NCBI GenBank assembly: GCA_035649395.1
Contig: DASRJR010000174.1
Location: 94,878-158,877, forward strand
Direction: 5' to 3'
Length of the DNA stretch: 64,000 nt
Origin: Vicinamibacterales bacterium
Lineage (GTDB): Bacteria; Acidobacteriota; Vicinamibacteria; Vicinamibacterales; UBA2999
The translations under genes and the position numbers were made by a program. This document shows positions 15,056-28,362 of the stretch, piece by piece. The first letter of the stretch is position 1, and every line of letters starts with the position of its first letter. The notes under the pieces were generated by a model. The model was not told the DNA's origin and ran no database searches. It worked only from the letters and a program-made list of their open reading frames with translations.

Positions 15056-16159
15056 GCGCACCGCCTCCCACTCCGATTCTGGCGCATTCGGCGGCTTCGC
15101 CGGATGCGCCATGAAAAACTCTTCGACGATCTCGTCCAGCTCCGCGATCCGTTCAGCGCTGTTGACGCGCACGCGAACCTGAGATCCCCCCTCAAGCCCC
15201 TTCGAGTACCACGAGCACAGCGCCCGGAGTTTGTTGATCACCCATCGCTCGTGCCCGCGCGCGGCACGGCTCTCGTGCGCTGCAGCCGGCGTCACGCCAG
15301 AAACGGCCGCCGCGGTAGGCGCGTGATGTCGGAAGCCGTCCGCCTCATCAACGCCTTCTCCCAGCAGCAGCTCGATGTAATCGAGTAAGAACTGGCCGCG
15401 CTCGCGCATCGTCACCACGCGCGGCGTGCGACCTGCGGCCAGGTCGGCGGCCTGCGCAAGAATCCACGGGTTCCGCAAAACCCCGCGACCGACCAGCACG
15501 CCGCTCACGCCAGAAGACAATCGTTCAACGACGTGCTCAGGCTCGACGCAGTCGCCGCTGCCGAAGACCGGGATGCTGAGGGTGTCCGCGATGCGCGCAA
15601 CCAGATCCCAATCCGCCAGCCCGCGATAGGACTGCTCGGCGGTACGGCCGTGAATGGTCACGGCAGCCGCTCCCGCGTCCTGCACCATCTTCGCGAGGAC
15701 GGGAGCATTGCGTTCGCGGTCGCTCCACCCGGCGCGCATCTTCACGGTCACCGGAATCTTCACCGCCTGCGTCATCGCGCGAATCACGCTCGCGGCGTGC
15801 TCCGGCTCGCGCATCAGGCTGCATCCGGCGTTGTGCTTCGCGATCTTGGGGACCGGACATCCCATGTTGACGTCGACGATGTCAGCGCCCATGTCCTCAA
15901 CGATGTGCGCCGCCGCGGCCATCTTCACCGGGTCGCCACCGAAGATCTGCACCGACACCGGGCGTTCTTCCTCGGTGTACTCGGCGTATTCCAGCGTCCG
16001 ATCGATCCCCCGGACGAGACCCTCCGACGACACCATCTCCGTGACGACAAGACCGCAGCCGCCGTGGCGCTTGACCAGGCGGCGAAAGGCCGTGTCTGTC
16101 ATGCCGGCCATCGGCGCGACGCCGTACGGTGCGGGCAGTTCAATCGACCCGATTTTCAT
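15044..16159 (-). CDS. dusB: tRNA-dihydrouridine synthase
   Basis: YGVAPMAGMTDTAFRRLVKRHGGCGLVVTEMVSSEGL...VDVNMGCP...VTVKMRAGW...TIHGRT. Confidence 0.9.
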   Translation of the reverse strand: MKIGSIELPAPYGVAPMAGMTDTAFRRLVKRHGGCGLVVTEMVSSEGLVRGIDRTLEYAEYTEEERPVSVQIFGGDPVKMAAAAHIVEDMGADIVDVNMGCPVPKIAKHNAGCSLMREPEHAASVIRAMTQAVKIPVTVKMRAGWSDRERNAPVLAKMVQDAGAAAVTIHGRTAEQSYRGLADWDLVARIADTLSIPVFGSGDCVEPEHVVERLSSGVSGVLVGRGVLRNPWILAQAADLAAGRTPRVVTMRERGQFLLDYIELLLGEGVDEADGFRHHAPTAAAVSGVTPAAAHESRAARGHERWVINKLRALCSWYSKGLEGGSQVRVRVNSAERIAELDEIVEEFFMAHPAKPPNAPESEWEAVRSGA

Positions 16160-16180
16160 GACCGTGGCGCTCCGGCGGCG

Positions 16181-16723
16181 TCAGTAGGGGCGCACATCGG
16201 CCGCATCCACCTCGACGCTCACCGCCTGCCCAATGAGATCGACCGACAACACCAGGCGCGCCTTGTCGTTCTTGCGCATCAAACGTCCAACCACGCCGTT
16301 GAGAGGGCCGTGAACGACCTCGACCATCATCCCCTCGCGAATCAGCGGGCATGGATCGTACGCGAGATCGCTTTCGACGAGACGGCGGATGCCATCGATC
16401 TCGCGCTCGGGAATCGGCGCGGGCTCACCTTCGAAGGAGATGATGTTGACCACACCTGTGCACTTCAGCACCGGCAACCGCTCGCGGGGATTGAACTTCG
16501 CGAAGCAGTAGCCGGGAAACAACGGCCAGTCGATCTTCTTCTTGCGGTCCTTCCAGCGGCTCCAGCGCGTGACGGTCGGAAGGAATGCCTCGATGTGCTT
16601 CTGTTCGAGCTGTTCCCGGACGACTTGCTCATGACGCGAGCGCGTCCACAGCGCGAACCATCGAATCTGTGAGTCGAGATCGGACGAGGGCGTGGGTGTT
16701 CCGCTCGGGCTCTGATCGTGCAT
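16181..16723 (-). CDS. NusG-family paralog (NGN + KOW; UpxY/specialised antiterminator-like)
   Basis: WFALWTRSRHEQVVREQLEQKHIEAFLPT...LFPGYCFAKF (NGN) and GMMVEVVHGPLNGVVGRLMRK (KOW). I prefer ATG 16723 because GGGAGA lies upstream. The longer ORF to 16912 would overlap surA. Confidence 0.8.
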   Translation of the reverse strand: MHDQSPSGTPTPSSDLDSQIRWFALWTRSRHEQVVREQLEQKHIEAFLPTVTRWSRWKDRKKKIDWPLFPGYCFAKFNPRERLPVLKCTGVVNIISFEGEPAPIPEREIDGIRRLVESDLAYDPCPLIREGMMVEVVHGPLNGVVGRLMRKNDKARLVLSVDLIGQAVSVEVDAADVRPY

Positions 16724-16751
16724 CAGGTATCTCCCGCCGCGCCGAGCGTGA

Positions 16752-17813
16752 TCACTTGGCGTCGGCGGTCTGCGTTTGGCTGGCCTCGCGCCGGCGCGCA
16801 AGGGCCGACTCGTAGGCCTTGCGCAGCTCAGGATTACGCCAGTTGATCGTCGCCTGATCGCGCAGGCGATCGAGATACTTCTCGCGCTCGGCCCGGAGCT
16901 TCGTCTCACCAATCTTGTTGGCGATGTCTCCCCGTGCTTCTTCGAACGTGCGAATCTTTGATTCGGTGCGCGACTCGAGTTTGAGAATCTGATACCCGCG
17001 CTGCGTGCGAAGGATACTCGTAATATCGCCGACCTGCATCTTGTCGAGCAGGTCGCGCAGCGACGTCGAGATCTCGTCCGACTTCAACGGCCCGATCAAA
17101 CCACCGTTGGCCTTCGAGGCCGAGACCGAGGACTCGCCAGCGAGGCGTGCGAACGGCTCCCCGGCCAGCAGCCGTTTCCGCAGCTCTTCGGCCCTGGCAC
17201 GCACGGCATCGTCTTGAGCAACGTTGACGCCCTTGTCCGTCGACGGAACCTCGAGAAGAATCTCCCGAAGCGTCACTTCGACAGGGGATGTGAATTCGCC
17301 CTTGTGCGACTCGTAATAGGCGCGCGCCTCCTCGTCGTTGATGCTGATCTTGTCCATGATCTCGCGGCGCTGCACCTCGGAGATGAGCATCATCCTCTCC
17401 ATGTTTCGGCGCAGGTCGTCCATGGTCAGTCCTTCCTGCCGAAGCGCCTCCTTGAACCGGGCTTCGTCGTCGATGTTGTTCGACTTCTTGATGCTATCGA
17501 CCATCTGCGCGAACTGCGAATCGCCCAGCGCCCAGCCGTTTTCGCGCCCGCGCTGCACCAGCAACAGATCGTCGACGAGGCTCAGGATCAAGTCCGGGGT
17601 GATTTCAGCAATCGCCTTCTGCAGTTCGGGACTCGATGGTCCGGCTTTGGCGAGGTCGGCGCGATTACGCAGCTCAGCGACCTGACGGTTTTCGAACTCG
17701 GTCTTCGAGATCATCTCGCCGTTCACCTTTACGAGCACCTGCTCGATGATCTCCGCATTGAGCGTAACGGCGAGAACGAAAGCGAAACCGGCCCCCAGAA
17801 TCAGACGTTTCAT
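16752..17813 (-). CDS. surA: SurA-like periplasmic chaperone / peptidyl-prolyl isomerase
   Basis: Signal peptide MKRLILGAGFAFVLAV, a SurA-N-like region, and a parvulin segment (GGLIGPLKSDEIS...ILRTQRGYQILKLE). Confidence 0.8.
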   Translation of the reverse strand: MKRLILGAGFAFVLAVTLNAEIIEQVLVKVNGEMISKTEFENRQVAELRNRADLAKAGPSSPELQKAIAEITPDLILSLVDDLLLVQRGRENGWALGDSQFAQMVDSIKKSNNIDDEARFKEALRQEGLTMDDLRRNMERMMLISEVQRREIMDKISINDEEARAYYESHKGEFTSPVEVTLREILLEVPSTDKGVNVAQDDAVRARAEELRKRLLAGEPFARLAGESSVSASKANGGLIGPLKSDEISTSLRDLLDKMQVGDITSILRTQRGYQILKLESRTESKIRTFEEARGDIANKIGETKLRAEREKYLDRLRDQATINWRNPELRKAYESALARRREASQTQTADAK

Positions 17814-17878
17814 AATGACAATTCCTTCAACATCAGTATCTTATCCGACCACCTGCAGTCGCGGTAGGGCGCTCACCC

Positions 17879-20800
17879 TCAGGCGCCGAGCTCCCGGAGC
17901 AGACCTTCGAGCCTCGAGAACATCCCGCCTTCGGCCCGTGGGTCGGCCTCGGGCTTGTGAAGAATCTCCGCCTTCGTGAACCCCGCCTTGACCTCGCCGG
18001 CCGTCGCCCGCGCGGTCCACCAACTCGGCCCTGAGTCGCCTCTCTTCATCCTCGCCCCGGTCCGCGGCTGCCCCCGTTCCTCGCGCGCCTTCACGTTGAG
18101 AGGGGCCTCGACGTCGAGCTTGACGGAAACTGGGGGCACGAGCGTCGCCCCCGGCCAGCGCGACACGACGTTGACCAGCCGCACCGGGTCCACGCGAGCC
18201 GTCGGCCTGAACTTAATGACGACGAGACGGCCCTCGCGGTCGATGCTGTCCACGTCGAGCCGGTCGGCGAGGATCCGAACACGCCCGTAGGCCGCCAGAT
18301 TCAGCACGGTTTCCGGCGGAGCCCCATAGCGGTCCCGAATCTCGTCGAGCGTCGCCGCCAGCTCGTTTTCGCTTCGTGACGAGGCCACCTTGCGGTACAC
18401 GGTGAGCCGCTGGTTCATGTCCCGGATGTAACTCTCGTCGATACGTACGTTGATTCGAAGGTTCACCGTCGCACGAGCATCGTCTTCGAGCTCCTCGCCA
18501 CGAAGCTCTCGAATCGTGTCTTCGAGCAGCTTCATGTACATCTCGAACCCGACGGCGTCGATGTGGCCACTCTGTTCGCCGCCCAGCAGATTGCCGGCAC
18601 CCCTGATCTCGAGATCCAGCGCGGCGACGCGGAACCCGCTGCCGAGATCGCTGAACTCTTTGATCGCCGCCAGCCGCTTGCGAGCCACCGGCGAAAGTGA
18701 GGTCTCTGGCGGAATGAGCAGGTACGCGTAGGCCGGGCGATCCGAGCGCCCGACCCGGCCGCGGAGCTGGTACAACTGTGACAAGCCGTATCGGTCAGCC
18801 CGGTTGATCACGATTGTGTTGGCGTTCGGTATGTCGAGACCGTTCTCGACGATGGTCGTGGCAAGCAGCACGTCGTACTTGCGTTCGACGAAACCCATCA
18901 TCGCGCGCTCGAGTTCGTCCTCACCCATCTGGCCGTGTCCGACAACGATGCGCGCCTCCGGCACGAGCCGCTGCAGTAGGTTGCCCATCGAGAAGATCGA
19001 TTCGACGCGATTGTGGACGAAATAGATCTGGCCTCGACGCGCGAGCTCGTTGCGAATCGCGCGCTCGATCACCGGAGCGTCGAACTTGACGACGTTGGTC
19101 TGGATCGAGAGGCGATCTTTCGGTGGTGTCTCGATGATCGACATGTCGCGGATGCCGATCATGGACATGTTCAACGTACGCGGAATCGGGGTCGCCGTCA
19201 TCGTGAGCACGTCGACCTTCTTTCGCAGCTGTTTGATGCGCTCCTTGTGCGCAACACCGAACCGCTGCTCTTCGTCGACGACCAGGAGACCCAGATCCTT
19301 GAACTGCACGTCCTTCGACAGCAGCCGATGCGTTCCGACGATCACATCGACTTTCCCGAGCGCGAGGTGAGCGAGGATCTCCTTGATCTCCTGTTTCGTC
19401 CGAAAACGGCTCACCATCTCGATCATTACCGGGAATCCAGCAAAGCGGTCGCGCAGGGTCTTCTCGTGCTGGAACGCCAGCACCGTCGTCGGTGCAAGCA
19501 CGGCGACTTGCTTGCCGTCCATGACGGCCTTGAACGCCGCCCGCATCGCCACCTCTGTCTTGCCGTATCCGACGTCGCCACAGAGAAGCCGGTCCATCGG
19601 TGTCGGCGCTTCCATATCGCGCTTGATGTCGACGATGGCGGTCGCCTGATCCGGCGTCAACTCGTATGGGAACGCGCTCTCGAATTCCTCCTGCCAGTGC
19701 GTGTCTTGGGGGAAGGCATGCCCGGGCACCGCTTTCCGCTGGGCGTACAGCTTCAGCAGCTCCTCGGCCATGTCGCGCATCGCCTTCTTGACACGCGTCT
19801 TCGCTTTTTCCCACGTCGTTCCGCCCAGCCGATCGAGAGCCGGACGCGATCCCCCCGTGTACTTCTGAATGAGATCGAGTCGCTCGACCGGCACAAACAG
19901 CTTGTCGTCGCCGTGATAGCGCAGCTCGAGGAACTCCTGCGTCACCGCACCGGAGCTCGCCATCGCATGGCCTCCGGTGGCCAGCTGCTTGAGGCCGACA
20001 AACTCACCGATGCCGTGGTCGACGTGAACGACCAGATCGCCCACCTTGAGATCGCGCAAATTCGAAAGGAACGTCTGCGCCACGCTCCGTCGTCGTTCGG
20101 TCGCGTGCCGTTCCTCTTCGAAGACGTCGTTTTCCGCGTAGGTCTGCAGGGCAGCGCCGGCGAGACGGAATCCGCGAGACACGCTGCCGACGGCGATCAG
20201 CACAGCGGCGGACGGCGAGGCGTCGGCATCGTCGATCGGCAGCGCGACGATCTCGTAGTCGCGCAGAATCTCCGCCGTGCGTTCAGCGCGGCCCGCACTT
20301 TCGGCGACGAAGAGAACGGTATCGCCGCGTTCACGCGCCTGACGAACATCGGCCACCCAGTCGCCGACACGGCCGCGGAATTCCATCGCCGGTTGACAGG
20401 ACACCTGATGAACCTCGTCGGTGTCCTCCAGCGAAAGCTCCTCGAGCCGCCTCGACGCCGAGATGCGATCGTCGAGGTCGCCCCATCGGACGAACGCGAC
20501 GTCAGGTGGAACCGCGGCAACATGTCCCCTGGCGGTCGCATCCCGGTAGCTGTTCTCGAGTTGCTCCCGAACCTTCGCGGCCTGCTGTTCGACCTGTTCG
20601 CACTCAGAGACGATCAGCCTCAGTCGTTGCGACGCGCTCAGGAAGTCGAGAACCGATACCAGGCGGTCGTCCTCGAACCGCTCGCGAGCGGGCACGATGT
20701 GAACTTGATCCGTGGCATGCGTCGACCGCTGCGTCGCGGGGTCGTAGCGCCGAAGCGTTTCGACCATGTCGCCGACGAACTCGATCCGGACCGGCTCGGC

Positions 20801-21394
20801 ATCGCTGGCAGGGAAGACGTCCACGATGCCGCCCCGAATCGTGAACGCACCGTGCTCGTCGACGGGATCCTCTCGAGTGAACCCGGCGTCAACGAGGAGA
20901 TCGGCGAGCGCCTGCGGATCGATCTCGGCGCCGGCGCGCAGTTCGATCGACGCCCGCAGCAACCGTTCCGCTGGACTGACGTTCGGCAGGAGGGCGGCTG
21001 CAGAGGCGACGATCAGTCGCGCCGATCCCGTGGCGGCGCCGTGCAGCGCGCGCGCCCGCGCGGCGGCAACGCGAAAGTGCGGGTTCATGCCGCGATACGG
21101 GTCCACTTGCAGCGATGGAAGCGGCAGCACGGCACGTTCGACGGCAGCCTCCGATGCGCCTTCGAGGGCTCCGAAGAAAAACCGCGCGTCGGTGGTCGTC
21201 TGCTCGACATCCCTGTCGGTCGGAACAACCAGCAGCGTGATCCCGGTCCCGACGCGAGCCGTCGCAATCGCGGCAAACGCTTTGGCAACCGGGGTGAGGC
21301 CGGCGATGACTCTCGCATCGCGATCAAGCCCGGCGGATGCCGCTGCTCGACTGAGGAGCGCGCGAAGAGTCAAAGATCGGGCGACGGTAGGCAT
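17879..21394 (-). CDS. mfd: transcription-repair coupling factor
   Basis: 1171 aa. Helicase motifs LLCGDVGYGKTEVAMRAAF, DEEQRFGV and TATPIPRTL, with the CarD-like segment GDLVVHVDHGIGEF. Confidence 0.95.
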   Translation of the reverse strand: MPTVARSLTLRALLSRAAASAGLDRDARVIAGLTPVAKAFAAIATARVGTGITLLVVPTDRDVEQTTTDARFFFGALEGASEAAVERAVLPLPSLQVDPYRGMNPHFRVAAARARALHGAATGSARLIVASAAALLPNVSPAERLLRASIELRAGAEIDPQALADLLVDAGFTREDPVDEHGAFTIRGGIVDVFPASDAEPVRIEFVGDMVETLRRYDPATQRSTHATDQVHIVPARERFEDDRLVSVLDFLSASQRLRLIVSECEQVEQQAAKVREQLENSYRDATARGHVAAVPPDVAFVRWGDLDDRISASRRLEELSLEDTDEVHQVSCQPAMEFRGRVGDWVADVRQARERGDTVLFVAESAGRAERTAEILRDYEIVALPIDDADASPSAAVLIAVGSVSRGFRLAGAALQTYAENDVFEEERHATERRRSVAQTFLSNLRDLKVGDLVVHVDHGIGEFVGLKQLATGGHAMASSGAVTQEFLELRYHGDDKLFVPVERLDLIQKYTGGSRPALDRLGGTTWEKAKTRVKKAMRDMAEELLKLYAQRKAVPGHAFPQDTHWQEEFESAFPYELTPDQATAIVDIKRDMEAPTPMDRLLCGDVGYGKTEVAMRAAFKAVMDGKQVAVLAPTTVLAFQHEKTLRDRFAGFPVMIEMVSRFRTKQEIKEILAHLALGKVDVIVGTHRLLSKDVQFKDLGLLVVDEEQRFGVAHKERIKQLRKKVDVLTMTATPIPRTLNMSMIGIRDMSIIETPPKDRLSIQTNVVKFDAPVIERAIRNELARRGQIYFVHNRVESIFSMGNLLQRLVPEARIVVGHGQMGEDELERAMMGFVERKYDVLLATTIVENGLDIPNANTIVINRADRYGLSQLYQLRGRVGRSDRPAYAYLLIPPETSLSPVARKRLAAIKEFSDLGSGFRVAALDLEIRGAGNLLGGEQSGHIDAVGFEMYMKLLEDTIRELRGEELEDDARATVNLRINVRIDESYIRDMNQRLTVYRKVASSRSENELAATLDEIRDRYGAPPETVLNLAAYGRVRILADRLDVDSIDREGRLVVIKFRPTARVDPVRLVNVVSRWPGATLVPPVSVKLDVEAPLNVKAREERGQPRTGARMKRGDSGPSWWTARATAGEVKAGFTKAEILHKPEADPRAEGGMFSRLEGLLRELGA

Positions 21395-21399
21395 CGAAA

Positions 21400-21879
21400 T
21401 TACGGGGTACGAATGCGCTGGATCAATTGAGACGTCGAAAATCCTTCTGTCAGACTCAGGCGTACCACTCGGCCGCCACGTGCTTCGACGACATCTCGAC
21501 CGACGATCGCGTCGGCAGCCCAGTCCGCGCCTTTGACGAGCACGTCGGGCTGAATGCGCGTGATCACCGCGTGTGGTGTCTCCTCATCGAAGATCGTGAC
21601 GACGTCCACACAAATGAGCGCGCCCAACAGTTCGGCGCGCTCGGCCTGCGGATTGATCGGACGGCCGGGCTTCGTCGCACGAACCGACGCGTCCGAGTTC
21701 ACAGCCACGATCAGCGCGTCGCCCAAGCGGCGCGCCTCCTTCAAGTATCGGACATGTCCGGGGTGAAGGAGATCGAAGACCCCATTGGTCATCACCACGC
21801 GGCCGCCGCGGCGCTGAATCTCTCTCGCCAGACGTGCTGCCTCGTCTTGAGCAACCGCGCGAATGGTCGTGGTTCTCAC
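21400..21879 (-). CDS. rfaE2: D-glycero-beta-D-manno-heptose-1-phosphate adenylyltransferase (stand-alone RfaE domain II)
   Basis: [36 protein letters not shown] is a cytidylyltransferase HxGH motif. GTG 21879 overlaps the wzt stop in a GTGA junction. Confidence 0.8.
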   Translation of the reverse strand: MRTTTIRAVAQDEAARLAREIQRRGGRVVMTNGVFDLLHPGHVRYLKEARRLGDALIVAVNSDASVRATKPGRPINPQAERAELLGALICVDVVTIFDEETPHAVITRIQPDVLVKGADWAADAIVGRDVVEARGGRVVRLSLTEGFSTSQLIQRIRTP

Positions 21880-23144
21880 AATCCCGAAATTCGGATGCCG
21901 CTCGAGAAGGTCCAATGGTGCGGCGGCCGGAAGATGCCAGTGTCCTTGAGCGTCGATGTCACGCGAATGGTGTAGAGCTGCCGATGATAGTCGTAGGGGG
22001 CGCCGTTCCGTCGATGAATGGCCACATCGATGCGATAGCTGCCGGAGACCAGGCCGAGACTCTCGAAGTGAAAGCCGACCTCGGCGTCGCCGACGAATTC
22101 GCCTGGCTCGGCTCCCTCGATGGCAGTGTTCGTACCATAACAGCACACCCCCTCGGCGCTGAAGATCCCCACGCCGAAGACGAAATCGCTGAGCGGTTGA
22201 TGGGCGCGGACGTGCATCCGAATGTCCACGGGTTCGCCCGACTCGAACACATGAGCGGCAGTACCGTCGCGACGAAGGAAGCTGACGTCGATGATCTCGG
22301 CTTCCCGCGATCCCCACCGGCCCTCGGCGGCTGTGCTCATGTCCACCGTCGCGGACTCGGTCGCCGTCGCGCGAGTCGGCGTCAGGCTCCGATCTTCCTG
22401 CGCGGCTACGTCGAGCAGGTACGCGTCGACCACCCGCTTCGGATCGCCATGCTGGCGAATGCGGCCGTCGTCGAGCCAGAGCGCCTCGTCACAGAAACGC
22501 GTGACGAGGTCGAGCATGTGCGTCACGAGTAAGACGGTCTTCCCGCGGCGTTTGAACTCAGCGAACTTGTCGAGGCACTTGTGCGTGAACGACTCGTCGC
22601 CGACCGCGAGCACTTCGTCGACCAGCAGGATCTCCGGATCGACGTTGATCGCGACCGAAAACCCCAACCGCATGTACATGCCGGACGAATAGGTCTTCAC
22701 CGGCGCATCGATGAAATCCTGCAGCCCGGCGAACGCGACGATCTGATCGAAGCGTTGCGCGATCTCACGCTTCGACAGTCCGAGCATCATGCCGTTGATG
22801 AAGACGTTGTCGCGGCCGGAGATCTCAGGGTGGAATCCGGCGCCGAGCTCGATCAGCGCGGAGAGCCGACCCACGACGCGCACGTCGCCCGCTGTGGGTT
22901 TCCCGATCCCGGCGATCAGCTTCAGCATCGTGCTCTTGCCAGACCCGTTGCGACCGACGATGCCACACGTCTTTCCTGCTGCAACGTCGAACGACACGCC
23001 TCGCAGCGCTTCGAACGTCGCATCCCCCTTCAACTCACGGGCGAGGCCTCCGGAGAGCAGTGCGCTCTTCAATGTGCCAAAGCTCTTTCGACGCCCGTAG
23101 CGCCGATAGACTTTGTGGACGTTGCGTACCTCGATGGCGTTCAC
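21876..23144 (-). CDS. polysaccharide/O-antigen ABC exporter ATP-binding protein (Wzt-like, with a C-terminal glycan-binding-type domain)
   Basis: Walker [10 protein letters not shown], signature [11 protein letters not shown], Walker [12 protein letters not shown], plus a ~170-aa C-terminal beta-rich domain. GTG 23144 overlaps the permease stop in a GTGA junction. Confidence 0.85.
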   Translation of the reverse strand: MNAIEVRNVHKVYRRYGRRKSFGTLKSALLSGGLARELKGDATFEALRGVSFDVAAGKTCGIVGRNGSGKSTMLKLIAGIGKPTAGDVRVVGRLSALIELGAGFHPEISGRDNVFINGMMLGLSKREIAQRFDQIVAFAGLQDFIDAPVKTYSSGMYMRLGFSVAINVDPEILLVDEVLAVGDESFTHKCLDKFAEFKRRGKTVLLVTHMLDLVTRFCDEALWLDDGRIRQHGDPKRVVDAYLLDVAAQEDRSLTPTRATATESATVDMSTAAEGRWGSREAEIIDVSFLRRDGTAAHVFESGEPVDIRMHVRAHQPLSDFVFGVGIFSAEGVCCYGTNTAIEGAEPGEFVGDAEVGFHFESLGLVSGSYRIDVAIHRRNGAPYDYHRQLYTIRVTSTLKDTGIFRPPHHWTFSSGIRISGL

Positions 23145-23932
23145 ACTTCCTCCGCGAAAGTGTCGCGCAGTCGATCGAACACGAAGTACCCGATCGCGAA
23201 CACGGCAAGAGAGACGCCGGCCATCACGGCCACGCGCATCCAATCCGTAAATGGTCGCTCGTCGAACAACACCTCCTGATACGACACGGCCAGATGCGTG
23301 AACGGGTTCAGGACGAGCAGCCGCCGGGACCACTCCGGCGCCTGCGACAGCGGGTAAACGATGGGGGTCGCAAAAAACGCGAGGGTCAACACGTTGCCGA
23401 GCAAATCGCGCAAGTCGCGAAAGTGCACGGTGAGTGACGACACGAGCAGCGCCAGACCAAGCGTCAGCAGCAGCTGCTCGGCCACGATCAGAGGCAGCCA
23501 GAAGATGTCGGTGGTAATCGCAACCCGGTAGTACAGGATGAACGCCAGGAGAATCGGCAGCCCCAGACAGAAGTGCACGAGCCCAGCGAGCACGGTGACG
23601 ATCGGCAACACTTCCGCCGGAAACAGCACCTTGCGCAGGAGTCCACCGCTGGCAATCAACACGCTGGCCGACTCGAGCAGCGAAGACGAAAACCAGGCCC
23701 ATGGCAGGATGCCGCAGAACATGAACAGCGGAAAATGCTCGATCTGCCCGCTCCGTGATGCCGGGAGTACCACCGAGAACACGAACGTGTAAATGAGCAG
23801 GAGCAGGAGCGGGTTCAGGAACGACCACACGATTCCGAGCACGGAACCGCGGTAGCGCGCCTTCAGTTCGCGCGCGACGAGGCTCTGAATGAGCGCGCGA
23901 TGCCGGAGCAGTTGCCGGAGACTATGCAGCAC
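23141..23932 (-). CDS. ABC-2 type polysaccharide exporter permease (Wzm-like)
   Basis: ELKARYRGSVLGIVWSFLNPLLLLLIYTFVF and multiple TM segments. Confidence 0.85.
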   Translation of the reverse strand: MLHSLRQLLRHRALIQSLVARELKARYRGSVLGIVWSFLNPLLLLLIYTFVFSVVLPASRSGQIEHFPLFMFCGILPWAWFSSSLLESASVLIASGGLLRKVLFPAEVLPIVTVLAGLVHFCLGLPILLAFILYYRVAITTDIFWLPLIVAEQLLLTLGLALLVSSLTVHFRDLRDLLGNVLTLAFFATPIVYPLSQAPEWSRRLLVLNPFTHLAVSYQEVLFDERPFTDWMRVAVMAGVSLAVFAIGYFVFDRLRDTFAEEV

Positions 23933-23985
23933 TCGAAACGGGAACGGTCAGCGACGGCCGGCCCCGCGACGACATTTATACTCGC

Positions 23986-24408
23986 TTACACCCTGGTGCG
24001 CGCGCGTGACGCGACCTGAAGGCGAGTCAGCGCCTTGAGCAGCGCCACCCGGGCTCGTTCGAAATCCATGTCCGCCTGCGGCCGCGTTACCCGTTGTTCG
24101 GCGCGCTGTTTTGCCGTTTCCGCTCGCGACACGTCGATGTCCTCGGCCCGCTCCGCAATCTGCGCGAGGACGGTGACACGGTCCGGCAGCACTTCGGCAA
24201 ATCCAAATGCGATCGCCAGGTAGTGTTTCTGTTGTCCGACGCGGTACCACATCTCTCCCACCTGGAGACTGGCCAGGAGCGGTGTGTGTCCGGGCAACAC
24301 GCCGAAATAGCCGTCGCTGCCCGGCAGCTCGACTTCGTCAACCTGCTGACTGACGATCGCGCGGTCGGGCGTGACGATCTCGAGCGCGAGACTGGTTGGA
24401 AGCGCCAT
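23986..24408 (-). CDS. atpC: F-type ATP synthase epsilon subunit
   Basis: LEIVTPDRAIVSQQVDEVELPGSDGYFGVLPGHTPLL, located downstream of atpD. Confidence 0.9.
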   Translation of the reverse strand: MALPTSLALEIVTPDRAIVSQQVDEVELPGSDGYFGVLPGHTPLLASLQVGEMWYRVGQQKHYLAIAFGFAEVLPDRVTVLAQIAERAEDIDVSRAETAKQRAEQRVTRPQADMDFERARVALLKALTRLQVASRARTRV

Positions 24409-24412
24409 GAGC

Positions 24413-25891
<1,479 letters not shown>

Positions 25892-25912
25892 TCAAGCCGG
25901 ACGCTACGCCTG

Positions 25913-26779
25913 TTACGTCGCCGCGGCTCCCGACACGACCTCGATGATCTCGCGCGTGATCGCGGCCTGCCGTACTTTGTTCATGTAGAGCAGCAGGCCG
26001 TCGAGCATCTCCGCGGAGTTGCGCGTTGCCGCATCCATCGCGGTCATCTGTGCCGCAAAGAACGCCGCATTCGATTCGAGCAGCGCGCGATACACCTGTA
26101 CCTGCACGTGACGAGGCAGCAGGTCTTTGAAGATCTGCTCGGGAGCCGGCTCGTACAGGTAATCGATCGTCGGACCAGCCGTGGTCGTATTCTCGAGTCT
26201 TGGGATCGGCAACAGCTGCTCGACGACGATGCGCTGCGACATGACCGATTTGAACTCGTTGTAGACCAGATGCACGCTGCCGACACGTCCCGACGTGAAC
26301 TCCTCGATGGCCGCGTCGGCGAGTGCCGCGGCGTCCGTGAACGACAACCGCTGAAAGATCCCGGCGGCTTCGTAACGAACGTCGAACCCCCGGCGACGGA
26401 AGAAATCACGCCCCTTCCGCCCGACCAGCCCGAGCGCCACTTCCCGTCCCTGCCGACGGCCCACGATGAATTGCCCCGCCGCTTTGATCACGTTCGAGTT
26501 GAAGCTGCCGCAGAGACCGCGGTCTGCAGTGATCACGATCAGCAGCGTCGGCGCATGCGGGTCGATCGTCGCCTTGAGCAGCGGATGCGCGTCCTGATCG
26601 ACGCGTCCGACGAGCCCATTGAGCACGGCCAGCATACGCTGGGCAAACGGCCGCGCGGCGACGACGCGTTCCTGCGCTCTCCGTAGCCGCGAGGCCGCAA
26701 TCATCTTCATCGCCTTGGTGATCTGCTGCGTCGACTTGACGGCGCGGATCCGGCGACGGAGATCGATCAGTGACGGCAT
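25913..26779 (-). CDS. atpG: F-type ATP synthase gamma subunit
   Basis: MPSLIDLRRRIRAVKSTQQITKAMKMIAASRLRRAQ...ITREIIEVVSGA. Confidence 0.95.
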   Translation of the reverse strand: MPSLIDLRRRIRAVKSTQQITKAMKMIAASRLRRAQERVVAARPFAQRMLAVLNGLVGRVDQDAHPLLKATIDPHAPTLLIVITADRGLCGSFNSNVIKAAGQFIVGRRQGREVALGLVGRKGRDFFRRRGFDVRYEAAGIFQRLSFTDAAALADAAIEEFTSGRVGSVHLVYNEFKSVMSQRIVVEQLLPIPRLENTTTAGPTIDYLYEPAPEQIFKDLLPRHVQVQVYRALLESNAAFFAAQMTAMDAATRNSAEMLDGLLLYMNKVRQAAITREIIEVVSGAAAT

Positions 26780-26792
26780 AAACCTCGCGCCG

Positions 26793-28325
<1,533 letters not shown>

Positions 28326-28362
28326 ATCGATTCAATCTCGTTGCGGAGGCGTCGAGGCCTCT

